40,578 nt of DNA from Atractiella rhizophila (Eukaryota): contig MU271601.1 in NCBI GenBank assembly GCA_021432655.1, positions 1 through 40,578 of the forward strand, read 5' to 3'. Position 1 is the stretch's first letter; each line of letters starts with the position of its first letter. Shown here one piece after another: positions 11,581-22,508 of the stretch. The position numbers were made by a program, and so were the translations under genes. The notes under the pieces are model-generated. The model was given only the letters and a program-made list of their open reading frames with translations. It had not been told where the DNA came from and searched no databases.

Positions 11581-12778
11581 ATGCCCGCAAAAATTGCTAT
11601 CATTTACTATTCCATGCAAGTACCCCGATGGCAAATTAGGATGTATTCGCTGAGGCCGTCCACAGGTACAATCACATCCTGACCCTAGCAGAGGGGATCA
11701 AAGAGGCAAGAATTTGTCTATTTTGGGTCTTGAAAAGATTGTTGATCAAGGAGCAGGGTGTGAAAGAGGCGGGGATTGACGCTGACATTTTCCAACTCCC
11801 CGAAAGTGAGTTCATCAAGTCAAGCATATATCACTGTTTGACGGAAGGCATTGCAGCTCTGCCTGCAGAAGTGCTCACTTTGATGCACGCTCCGCCAAAG
11901 TCGACAAAGTATCCCGTGCTTCACGATCCGAATAAGCTGAAGGAGTACGACGGCTTCCTTCTCGGAGCTCCAACTCGTTATGGACGTGTTCCCGCTCAAG
12001 TTTCTGCGTTCTTCGACATGACAGGAGGATTATGGGCTTCGTAAGCAAATGTGATACAACATTGTTAATCAAAGCTGATAGGTAGGCAGCGGAGCGCTCG
12101 TTGGAAAGTATGCCGGAATATTCAGTTCAACAGCGAGTCAACATGGTGGGCAAGAAACAACTGCTTTGACGACGATTCCATTCTTTGCGCACCACGGTAC
12201 AAGTTCCATGACATGCCCCTTCTATTTCTAAAGCTGTATCGCGAATAGGCATCGCATTTGTCCCTTTAGGATATGCAGAACCGACTGGAGTCTTGAACAA
12301 AGTTGACAAAGTGGTTGGAGGCAGTCCCTGGGGAGCTACAACCATCGCGGGTTCAGATGGGCAAGCAGCTACTTTTGCATAGATCGACGTCGTAGCTGAT
12401 CAAAATGCGCATAGCTCGCGCCAAGTAGCTGAAGAGGAATTGACGGTTGCTCGCTTTCAAGGCAAGTCATTCGCGACCCTCTTGTCGACCGTAGTACGTG
12501 GACGCGAACTGCAAGTGCTTCTTTCTGCGGAAACGTCACGATTTTAACACTCGTCCAGTTTGTCCGCAACGAAGGACTCGACGACTTCCTCCTCCGCTGA
12601 GTCTAAGGTGGAGAAGACGGAAGTAAAGGAAGAGAAGAAGACAGAGGGTCCTGTTAAGAAGGAGAAGAAGGGAGGATTCTTGAGCAAACTTCCATGTTGT
12701 GGCAGGTGAGTCTCCCTGCAGCGCCAGGCTCTTATATGCTGACACATTTCTCATAGCGCTGAAAATTTCGACTCATAA
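11581..12778 (+). CDS. Flavodoxin-like NAD(P)H:quinone oxidoreductase (WrbA/Pst2/Ycp4 family)
   Basis: MPAKIAIIYYSMYNHI, LKEYDGFLLGAPTRYGRVPAQ..FFDMTGGLW, STASQHGGQETT..FFAHHG and GGSPWGATTIAGSDGSRQ. The C-terminal tail is ...KKEKKGGFLSKLPCCGSAENFDS*. Eight introns, four with GC donors. Confidence 0.93.
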
Positions 12779-12875
12779 TAATGTTATTCTTCATAGCGTT
12801 CCATAGCTTGTGTCTCACCTTGATACCTTTTAATAACACAATTTAATTTATCAAAGATCACAACAAAGTCTAGCA

Positions 12876-13900
12876 TTACATATCGAACTCAAAGTCTTCG
12901 TCGTCATCTTTCCGCTTCGAACGCCCGCCAACAAATCCAGTTCTAAGTCTTCCATCCCTCTTATCCTCCTCGTCGTCACTCTCAGCCTTCTTCTTCAGCG
13001 GCTCGAGCCTCAACGAAGGATCCAAGGATTCTGCAGCAACAAGCAAAAGCTCTATATCCTCAACAGTAGTTTTCATGCCTCTCAATGCTCCAAATTGCTC
13101 GTTATCTGTCCCAAGGCCTACAATCTGCTTTGCCATCTCCCCATTCTTGTAAATGAGCATCGTAGGCACTGCACGGTCGGGATAGTTTTCAATGCATCTC
13201 GTGGAGACGATTTTGACAAACTTTGTGGAAGGGTAGATGCGTGCTAACGAATGTAGATGTCGCGTCAGGAGAACGGAATGAGGGATGCTGTTATGAACGA
13301 CACAGCTGGTCAGAACCATTCTCATGGAGTTGCATCTAGAGTAGCAGTGGTGCACCACACAGCCAGAACATGCATATGTGGACAGAATAAATCTCTTTAC
13401 TGTCACCGCAAGAGAGACCAGCATCGTTCTTCGAAATGAACAGCTCCACTATGGACTATGGATCTCCCTTCGTCCGGCATATCTCAAAGCAATCGACTCA
13501 CCTGTCCTTATAAAGCAAGCAAACCACACTGATGTCCTTGCTCCCATCTACTACGACTTTGTTATAATCCTCTCTGCCAATCTCTTCCAACTCCCCATAC
13601 TTCTGCTTCTCTTTCTCAGCCATCAACTCCGCCAGCCTCTGCTCGCGATACCGCTCCAGCTCAGCGTTCGAGAGCTGTTCCTCTTCTTGCAGAAGTTCCA
13701 GCAGGTCAGGAGAAGGCGAACGCGATTTTGAAAGGCTGGGCTTCTGCACTGGTTCAGGGGAAGGCGTGCGAGGAGGTGACGGCTTGGGAGGCAGGATACC
13801 ATGTGCGCGCAGGGCATCGTTGCTGCAAATGTCATTGAGGATATGATATCTGTGGAAGGAAAGCTAACAATTCTGTATCTTCATCATGCCGCAGAGCCAT
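12876..13900 (-). CDS. PLP2: Phosducin-like protein (Plp2/PDCL3)
   Basis: MALRHDEDTEFNDALRAHGILPPKP, ELERYREQRLAEL..KYGEL.EI, TKFVKIVSTRCIENYPDRAVPTMLIYKNG, and an acidic end DDDEDFEFDM. Confidence 0.9.
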
Positions 13901-14464
13901 ATCGTATCCTATCTGTCTTATCGTGAGAAATTTGACTTGGAATTCGTCGTTGAAAGAGATGTAGGTGAGCTTGCTCAACAAGCAAGTCAGCCGCTGCGCA
14001 ATTTCTCACTCTGCCACTGTAATACATTTGGGTTTTGTTTTCATGAAGTTTCCTCTTTCTGGACGAACGATGAGATAAGTAGTCCAGAAAGGTGATGCTT
14101 GGCAGGTAGGCATGAAAGTTTTATTTCATACTATCATAAAAGTATAAGAAATGTCTGCAACAAATGGACCACTTCCTTCCTCATAGCTATCCAGAGCGGT
14201 GAGTAGCGTGCAGCTTCAATCAATCTATCTTGCTCGTTTGTATGTTGAAAGTTAGATGGACGAAGAGGTGGAGCGCCTCTTCCTCACATCCTGGAACGAG
14301 CTGGTTCCTCATCCTATAATAGGGGCTAGTGTTTCAAAAGCAGTTTCGACCGTGAAAGGTTATGCATTACGAAGGGATATATACACTGTCGCATAGTCAG
14401 CACCGCATCGAAAGGTAGCAAAAGGCTTACTACAACGACCGCCAACTTGATCGCACAGAAGAGA

Positions 14465-16618
14465 TCACCGATCTATTCCACCATCCATGAGCCTGTGTTC
14501 AAGAGGAAGAGGGAAACGCACAAAACTCCAACGTCTCATCGTTCCGCTTCACAATTTGCTTCCAGGCCTCCTCAAAATCGGCCGGCAGGATAACGTACCG
14601 ATTCTTCCTGACTGCTTGCAGACCTGCAGCCTGACAGATGCTCGCGATTTCTGCACTGGAGAGCTTATCCGGTCTCTGCACATCTTTCCCCCGTCCAACC
14701 ATCAGTTTGCATCCGCAAAGACTCAAGCCACTTACAGTCCTCCAAATCCACCTCCTGCCCAATGCTCATCTTCGATGTGATAGTTTGGAAAATGAGCCGT
14801 TTCTCTCTCCTCGTCGGGGTTGGGAATTCGATCTTCCTATCAAGACGTCCAGGACGTAGGAGTGCAGGATCCAATGTATCAGCGCGGTTGGTAGCCATGA
14901 TCACTTTAACATTGGAACCTTGGTCGAAGCCGTCCATCTGAGTTAGAAGTTCGATCAAAATACGTTGGACTTCACGGTCCGCGCCGGTTTGTGCGTCAAA
15001 CCTATCATGACACGCATTAGGTTCAAAATTCGAAACCACTTCGAAAAAAGAAGGTAGACGAACCGTTTAGTGGCAATAGCATCAATCTCATCAATGAAGA
15101 CAATACACGGCTCGTTTTCCCTTGCAAGCCTAAAGACGTCCCTGACCATGCGAGGTCCCTCCCCTAGATATTTCTGTACAAACTCGCTCCCGACGACACG
15201 GATGAAGGAAGCGGTTGTGTGGTGGGCGACGGCTTTCACAAGCATCGTCTTCCCTGTCCCTGGAGGGCCATAGAGAAGGACACCTCGGGGAGGATCGATA
15301 CCTATTTGTCGGTAAAGGTCATGTTGTGTTAGTGGAAGCTCGACAGCTTCTCGTATAGCCACTTACAGTCCTCCAAATCCACCTCCTGCCCAATGCTCAT
15401 CTTCGATGTGATAGTTTGGAAAATGAGCCGTTTCTCTCTCCTCGTCGGGGTTGGGAATTCGATCTTCCTATCAAGACGTCCAGGACGTAGGAGTGCAGGA
15501 TCCAATGTATCAGCGCGGTTGGTAGCCATGATCACTTTAACATTGGAACCTTGGTCGAAGCCGTCCATCTGAGTCAGAAGTTCGATCAAAATACGTTGGA
15601 CTTCACGGTCCGCGCCGGTTTGTGCGTCAAACCTATCATGACAAGCATTAGGTTCAAAATTCGAAACCACTTCGAAAAAAAGAAGGTAGACGAACCGTTT
15701 AGTGGCAATAGCGTCAATCTCATCAATGAAGACAATACACGGCTCGTTTTCCCTTGCAAGCCTAAAGACGTCCCTGACCATGCGAGGTCCCTCCCCTAGA
15801 TACTTCTGCACGAACTCGCTCCCGACGACACGGATGAAGGAGGCGGTGGTGTGGTGAGCAACGGCTTTGACTAGCATCGTCTTCCCTGTCCCCGGTGGAC
15901 CATAGAGAAGGACGCCTCGGGGAGGATCGATACCTATTTGTCGGTATAGGTCATGTTGTGTTAGTGGAAGCTCGACAGCTTCCCGTATTTCTTGCTTTTG
16001 AATGTCAAGGCCGCCAATATCAGAATAAGTCACGTCCGGTTTCTCGTCTGCTCCCAGCCTATGCTCCTCACTCAGCATCGCCCTTTGTTTATGTAATGCG
16101 AGAAAAGACGCACATAGTGATTGACGAGACTGCTTCAGGTGGAAGAACGTCCACGAGCGCATTGCTGTGACGGTGGAGAGCAATACTTGTGTTCGGCTTC
16201 AGCAGCTCACGGTCGATGGTACTGAGTATCCGAACAAGGTAATTGCTGCCCGTTGTGCTCCCCACAATACCAGTATTCCCATCTACGGGTTCCTGAAATT
16301 GACCAATGACCAATGGAACGCTCTGTATCCGCTTCACTTCCTCCTGAGCTCGTACCAGCTCGCGCTTGAGGAAGAGCGACTCGTCCTTTATGTAGGACTC
16401 TTGGAGAGCTAAAAATTGGAGTTGGTGCAATAAAGATTTGTAGGTGAGATAGAGGTCTGCGTCATTGCTGGCGGTGGAGGAGAGAATGGTCGATTTGTCG
16501 TGGAGCGTGGCTGAGAAGAGCGGGTCCTAGTCCGCCATAACAAGCCCTGAGACATGCGCTTTACTGATGAAGGAAAGGGACACACCTCTTTAGAGATTTC
16601 TATGCCTATCTGCTCCAT
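14465..16618 (-). CDS. RPT3: 26S proteasome regulatory AAA-ATPase subunit 6B (Rpt3), with internal tandem duplication
   Basis: [106 protein letters not shown] and the end ...[19 protein letters not shown]...LEFYR*. Confidence 0.96.
14726..15988. repeat. ~631-bp direct tandem duplication inside RPT3 (copies ~14726-15356 and ~15357-15988)
   Basis: Both copies start AGCCACTTACAGTCCTCC and end AGCTTCYCGTAT. By hand I count about 19 differences. ORFs 14955-15362 and 15329-16183 give identical AAA-core peptides. Confidence 0.97.
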
Positions 16619-16768
16619 TTTCGTGCGCTTCTAAGTCAAAATGATAGAAATTGTTGAGTTCGTCGTTAGCAAGACGCGTAAGTTGAAGCCATCGGCAATT
16701 CCCTCCTGCCACAAATAAACAAGTATACCCGCTACAGTCTTCTTGGACACGTGACAGCTGTAAAATCT

Positions 16769-18774
16769 ATGAGCCTTTTTGATAGAAAAGATGCATCAAG
16801 AATTCGATTCCTCTTCCACCTCCTTCTCTCCGTCTTCCCCTCCAGAGTCCTCTTCCCTCGCTTCGCAGCTGCACCAGCGCCGGCGACTCTCTCTCTCTCC
16901 TCCCCACGCACTGCGACGAGCTCACTGCCAGTAACATCAGAATCGACATCTTTGACACAGGCAGAGGCCAAAGTGATCAAAGATGATACAATCGAAGAGC
17001 TGAGTACGGAGGATGAAAGGGAGCAAAGGGAGAAACGGATGATCGGAGCAGTCAGGACGATCTTGGAGTGCATTGGAGAGGATCCGGATCGAGAGGGATT
17101 GAAACATACCCCTGAGAGATATGCTAAGGCTTTGTTGTGGATGACGAAAGGGTATGAGGAGAAATTGGAGGGTGAGCTTTTCTCCTTGTTCCTCTCTAAT
17201 GGGGTGGAAGGGGAGAAGCATCTCCCCTCGTTATGAGAATGCCATGGGCCCAAGAGCAAGCGAACAAAATGCTAGCTACAGTAAAGAGTGGATGTGCTGC
17301 CTTCAGGTAAAACCAAAATGGCTGCACCTCCTTCGTTCCTCATACCGTCATTTGACGTAACATGCTAGCGGCTCAGATTTCTACTAACTTGGAGGGGAGT
17401 CGCCACCATCTAAATGTTCCTTCCCATATGTGGGTAAAGCAGAGTCTTGTAGCGGACATTTAAATATCACGGTATCATTTGTTGGCTCTTGACCTGCCCC
17501 TCCAGAACTGACAAGAGAAGGGTTCAATGGACCTGTCTGGCAAAAACATCCAACGCGATTACCTATTCGCCTGGACAGCACATTGTTATTCTCTAAAACG
17601 TTCTTAGGGTATTTTGTTCGAAACAGGGTAACGATGAACATTCCATTTGGGTTTGTTTTTCTGATGTCCTTGCAAGATTTGCATTGTTGGCTCGGCATGC
17701 CTTTGGACTCTGCCCAAAACGTATTTTTTCTTACCTGCATTCATAGTGGGATGGATTATATTTCAAAATGTTGGATTGCACGATCCCATGTCGGCATAAC
17801 ATATATCAAGTGTTAATGCCTGGCAAATTCTTGACCTCTAACGAGCAAGGCCATCGCTGCCTTTTGTGGCCTTATGCTCCACGACATGTGCGGTTTTTGA
17901 CCGTCTAGCAATTTCATACGTGCAGCAGCTGCTGTTTGACAAGCAGAGAAACCTCCGTGCCGCGATCGCATCAATCTTTGACGTGAAGCCGTCTGGTACT
18001 GTCCCGCATTCGAAAGGACGACGTCTGCTTTGAACAAATATCCATCAGCTTCAGAATCACTGACTCTTTTAGATGACTTCATTTCATTGTATGTCCAAGA
18101 ACGCTGAACAGAAAGATGGCGGATGGGTACAGACGTGATTGGCCGCGGCATTTTCCCCGAAGACCATGATGAGATGGTCATTGTGCGCAACATCCCTCTC
18201 ACCAGTTTATGTGAACACCACCTCCTTCCATTCACTGGACACGTACGTCCTATTTCTCGCCTCTTCTCAATCCATCCCTTCTCATGGCACGCGACGAGTA
18301 TTGACGAGGCATGCATGGACAGGTATCGATAGGCTACATCCCGACTTCGAAAGTCATCGGCCTGTCCAAGCTCGCTCGGATCGCTGAGACGCTCGCGAAG
18401 AGGTTGCAGATACAAGAGAGACTGACGAAGCAGATCGCGGAGGCTGTATCGGAGGTGATCAAACCGATGGGCGTGGGAGTGGTGATGGAGGCTTCGTGAG
18501 TCTTGCCGCTGCCATTTCTTCACTCAACGCAAACTAGATTGACTGAAAATGGTGGACTATAGGCATATGTGCATGACCATCCGTGGTGTCCAGAAGCCGG
18601 GATCGACGACGGTGACCAGCGCCATGTTGGGTGCTTTTAGGAGGAGCGAGAAGACGAGAGCGGAGTTCTTGACTCTCATTCGGTCTGTCGTCCACGTCCT
18701 CTCGACTCAATTTTATCGCTAGCTGATGGTTGATTGATCGTGATAGGTCGCCAGGGAGAGTGACGGACTATTGA
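16769..18774 (+). CDS. FOL2: GTP cyclohydrolase I
   Basis: [37 protein letters not shown], then intron 17172-18132, then [50 protein letters not shown] and [19 protein letters not shown]. The start codon is ambiguous (16769 vs 16791). Confidence 0.95.
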
Positions 18775-19232
18775 TGGCCGTATTACGTGGACAGCTCGCA
18801 CATTCAACATCGATGTGAGTTTGGTAAATATGGGGGAGGAGACAGGTGCATTTCGAAATTCTTCAACAGATCATATCTTTATGCCGTCTTTTACCAGCAT
18901 AACACCTGTACAAGTAGAATACTATTGCTTTGATTACATGTTTCCTCATCTCTGGAGCCCGAAAACATGAGTTGTGAGGGAAACGACATGCTGCGAGCTG
19001 GAAACGGGAAGCGAGGCGAATTCAGGCAGGACGGCCGATCGAGTGGCTGCATCTGTACGACCACCACGCACCGCTCAGTCCCTTTCTTTCCAGCCAGCTC
19101 AGCCAGTTCTGCGGCGAAGAACTCTTTAATATCGCCCAGCAGAAGCCACATCGTTAGAGGCAGAAACAAGTTGCCCCGCTTTCTCAGCAGTCTATAGATC
19201 TCGTCAAGTTCTTTCCGCGTTGCCACTTCAAA

Positions 19233-22200
19233 ATGGATCCTTCAAAACCACCAACATTTCCAGTCATAAACACCCTGCGCACCGAAGATAGCCCTCTGTC
19301 GCCTCTGTCACCTGCTTATCTAACTCCTCCGGTGAGCATTTCCTTAGCTTTCTGGCGAGATTGGTTGGTGACGGTGGTAATGCGAAGGCTTCACCCGCGG
19401 AGCTCTCGCACAGCAACAGCTCGTCTCTGGTGCCGCCAGACCAGATTCACAGCCAATATCACAGCCAAGAGAACGGTCGAAAGTATCCCACACGCTCGCC
19501 ATCCGATACGTTTCAAAGCAGATCTCGTCCCATCTCCTCGCCCGCTCCTCTCTCCATCAGCTCCCATCCCCCGACATCTAACGTCCAGGCCACCTCTTCG
19601 GCCTCTCCTTCGCCGAACATCGTCACGCTCGTCAACGGCGCAAAAATGGAGTCCGTACCTACACTCACCACCGCTATGCTCGGAGACGATAATCAGACGA
19701 AGAGCGCACCAGCGCAGAAGACGGTGCATTTCCAAGGACCGAGGAGAGGTTCTGATGCGACCGGTCAACCCTCTAGATTGACGCCATCGTCGCTCATGCC
19801 TCTCGCACCAATCGTTTCTCCATCCGCATCTCTGTCCATCACATCTCCCTCCGTGCGTTCTCCGACCTCCGCTCTCATGTCCCCTTGCTTCGTCCATTCG
19901 AGGTTGGACAACTCGTTGGCGGAGTTCTTGAGGAGGCAGAGCGAGAGGGAGAAGAGGAGGAGGAGTTCGAGCGTTAAGAGAGAAGGAGGAGAGGGAACTG
20001 GCACGGAAGAAGAGGAGGGCAAAAGTCACACTCCTCGCGGTGCGGAGGAGGTGGGGGCGGGGGAGAAGATTGGAGAAAGTGAGCTGGTCAAGCTGGATAA
20101 GAAACTTATGGAGAATGCTAGGAATCTGGAGCAGCTTAAAGAGAGGTATGATGAGTATGATGACGCAGATGACGACGGTGCCGATGCGGAGGACGAGGAG
20201 GAGAGTGAGGAAGAGGGACATTCCTTAACTAAACAGTTGGCTGAGACAGCTGCCAGTGTTAGGGAGATGAGCAAACAACTCGGTGCGTCTTTCTTAAATA
20301 CTGTGGAGAAAAGGGATGGAATATTGATAGTCGGACACGGTGACTTCTGTAGGGAGGGCCAAGATCAAGTCGCAGGTCAATTCAGTGATGATAATCACGA
20401 AAGCGCGAGACAATCATCTGATCAAGCTTACCAAAGACCTAGCGATGTACCTCATGCTCAAGCCTCGAAACGGTCGCGATCGAGGGATAATCGTCTACGT
20501 CGATCAGCAATTGAAAAAGTCAAAGCGATTTGACGTCCCTGGTATTCAAGCTTCGCATCCTGAGATTTTCAAACCTGTCAACAATCGAAGGGTCTCCCGA
20601 AATTCTTCTACTACTTCTGTCAACTCTTATAGGTCCGGATCTGGATCCAATGGATCAAGCTTTAGAGAAGGCAGCGGGGATGATCAGGAGGGACAGTTGA
20701 GGTATTGGACAGCGGAGATGTGTACAAGGAGCGCTCACCTCTTCGACCTCGTCGTCACCGTAAGTTTTCACTGCTTTCGCTACGGAGCGAGCTTGTTCTG
20801 TTCAAGGTGCCTTGGTTGACATTGTGCTGCTGCTGCGTGTTGGGATAGCTCGGAGGAGATGGAACCGTCCTTTTCGCCTCCTGGCTCTTCCAACAAGTCG
20901 TCCCACCCATCATCCCATTCGCGCTCGGATCTCTAGGTTTCTTGACCTGTTTCGACTTTCAAAACTTTGAAAAGGTCATGGATTCCGCCGTCGAGAATGG
21001 CATCCGCTGTAACCTCCGCATGCGATTCACATGCACCGTCTATCGTGCAGTACACGGAGAGCAGAATCGGACGAGGAAGGCGATAAGGAGCGGCAAGACG
21101 GGAGAGATTTTGATGAATGACCTCACGAAGGGAGGATGGGAGGCTATCGAAGGCGGAAGCGCTGGGTTGGGGAAGAGTGGAAGTAAGGGGCTCAAGGATC
21201 AAGAGATCAAGTGCCTCGTTACTAGACCGGAGGAGCAATTTGAAGTCATCAATGACCTGGTGGTTGATCGCGGACCGAGTCCCTACGTTTCCCTCCTCGA
21301 ATTATTTGGTATACAGTTTGTTACGTTTCTCTTACCCAAGTACTCACCATTGGTACAGGTGACGAACACCACATGACAACTGTCCAAGCAGACGGCCTCA
21401 CCGTCTCCACACCTACAGGCTCGACCGCCTACTCTCTCAGCGCAGGCGGCTCGCTCGTCCATCCCGAAATCCCCGCCCTACTCATCACCCCCATCTGTCC
21501 ACATACCCTCTCTTTCCGACCCATGCTTCTACCCGACAGCATGGAATTGCGCATCTGTGTTCCATACAACTCCAGATCTACCGCTTGGGCTTCCTTTGAT
21601 GGTCGTGGACGCGTCGAGTTGAGGCAGGGTGACCACATCAAAGTTACAGCTTCTCAGTTCCCTTTCCCTACGGTATGTGCGGATAAACAAAGCACAGATT
21701 GGTTCCATGCCATCTCCAGGACGTTGAAATGGAACGAGAGACAACGGCAGAAATCGTTTGTCGTGGTGGAGGAGGGAAGGAAGAAGGCGTCCCCGGACGA
21801 GGAAGGGGAAGAGGAGGGGAAGGAGGAGGACCTGATGGAGGAGGAGGAAAGATTCGATATCGATGATATCTCTTCCGCGAACGATACGGCAACCTCTTCC
21901 CCCGCTCCCACACCTGCAACAGGGCCAAATCGCGTTCTCTCACCCATTCCTATGATGGGACATGGACCCAAAGACGCAGTCGGTCAGGCAATATCTCTCG
22001 ACGAGGGTCAGAGATTTAAAGACTTTGCTCCAAAACCGAAGAGACTCTCGGAGCGACATAAGCATGGCGTTTTGTCTCCTAAATCACCTCATCACCATCA
22101 CCATATCAAACACGGGAGGGATGAACTCTCTCCAAGGACGCCTGCAACAGCAAGGGCGAGGCGAACGACCACTGGTGCGTTGGGAGACGATGAGGGAGAG

Positions 22201-22272
22201 GGGGCGAGGGTGTTTGGAGTCATCGGCAGAGACTTCGATAACAATAGCAGTGCGAGTGAGGCAGATAGCTGA
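19233..22272 (+). CDS. UTR1: ATP-NAD(H) kinase (Utr1-like)
   Basis: LGGDGTVLFASWLFQ..PPIIPFALGSLGFLT, NDLVVDRGPSPY and VQADGLTVSTPTGSTAYSLSAGGSLVHP..ITPICPHTLSFRP. Long low-complexity N- and C-termini. Confidence 0.93.
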
Positions 22273-22508
22273 ATGACCCTATAGGACTGTTGAGTTGGAT
22301 TGTTGGTCTGCTTAATGACATAGACGGTGGTGATTTGGAATCTCAATGCTCTGTATGGTATGTTTCAGACGAAACGATGATGGAATGATATGTTATGTGA
22401 TCTATCCTCTATACATTGCTGCCCATTCAAGATGACGCTTTACATTACAGACGTACCTACCATGAACTACATATTGATTAGAAAGGGCATGCGCTAACAA
22501 ATGGAGAA

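Noticed and set aside
12546..12551. Stop-codon readthrough (TAA CAC) to reach the quinone reductase Cys-Cys tail
   Set aside because: TAA-CAC is not an efficient readthrough context, and the stop sits within a well-formed 48-nt GC-AG intron, which is the simpler explanation.
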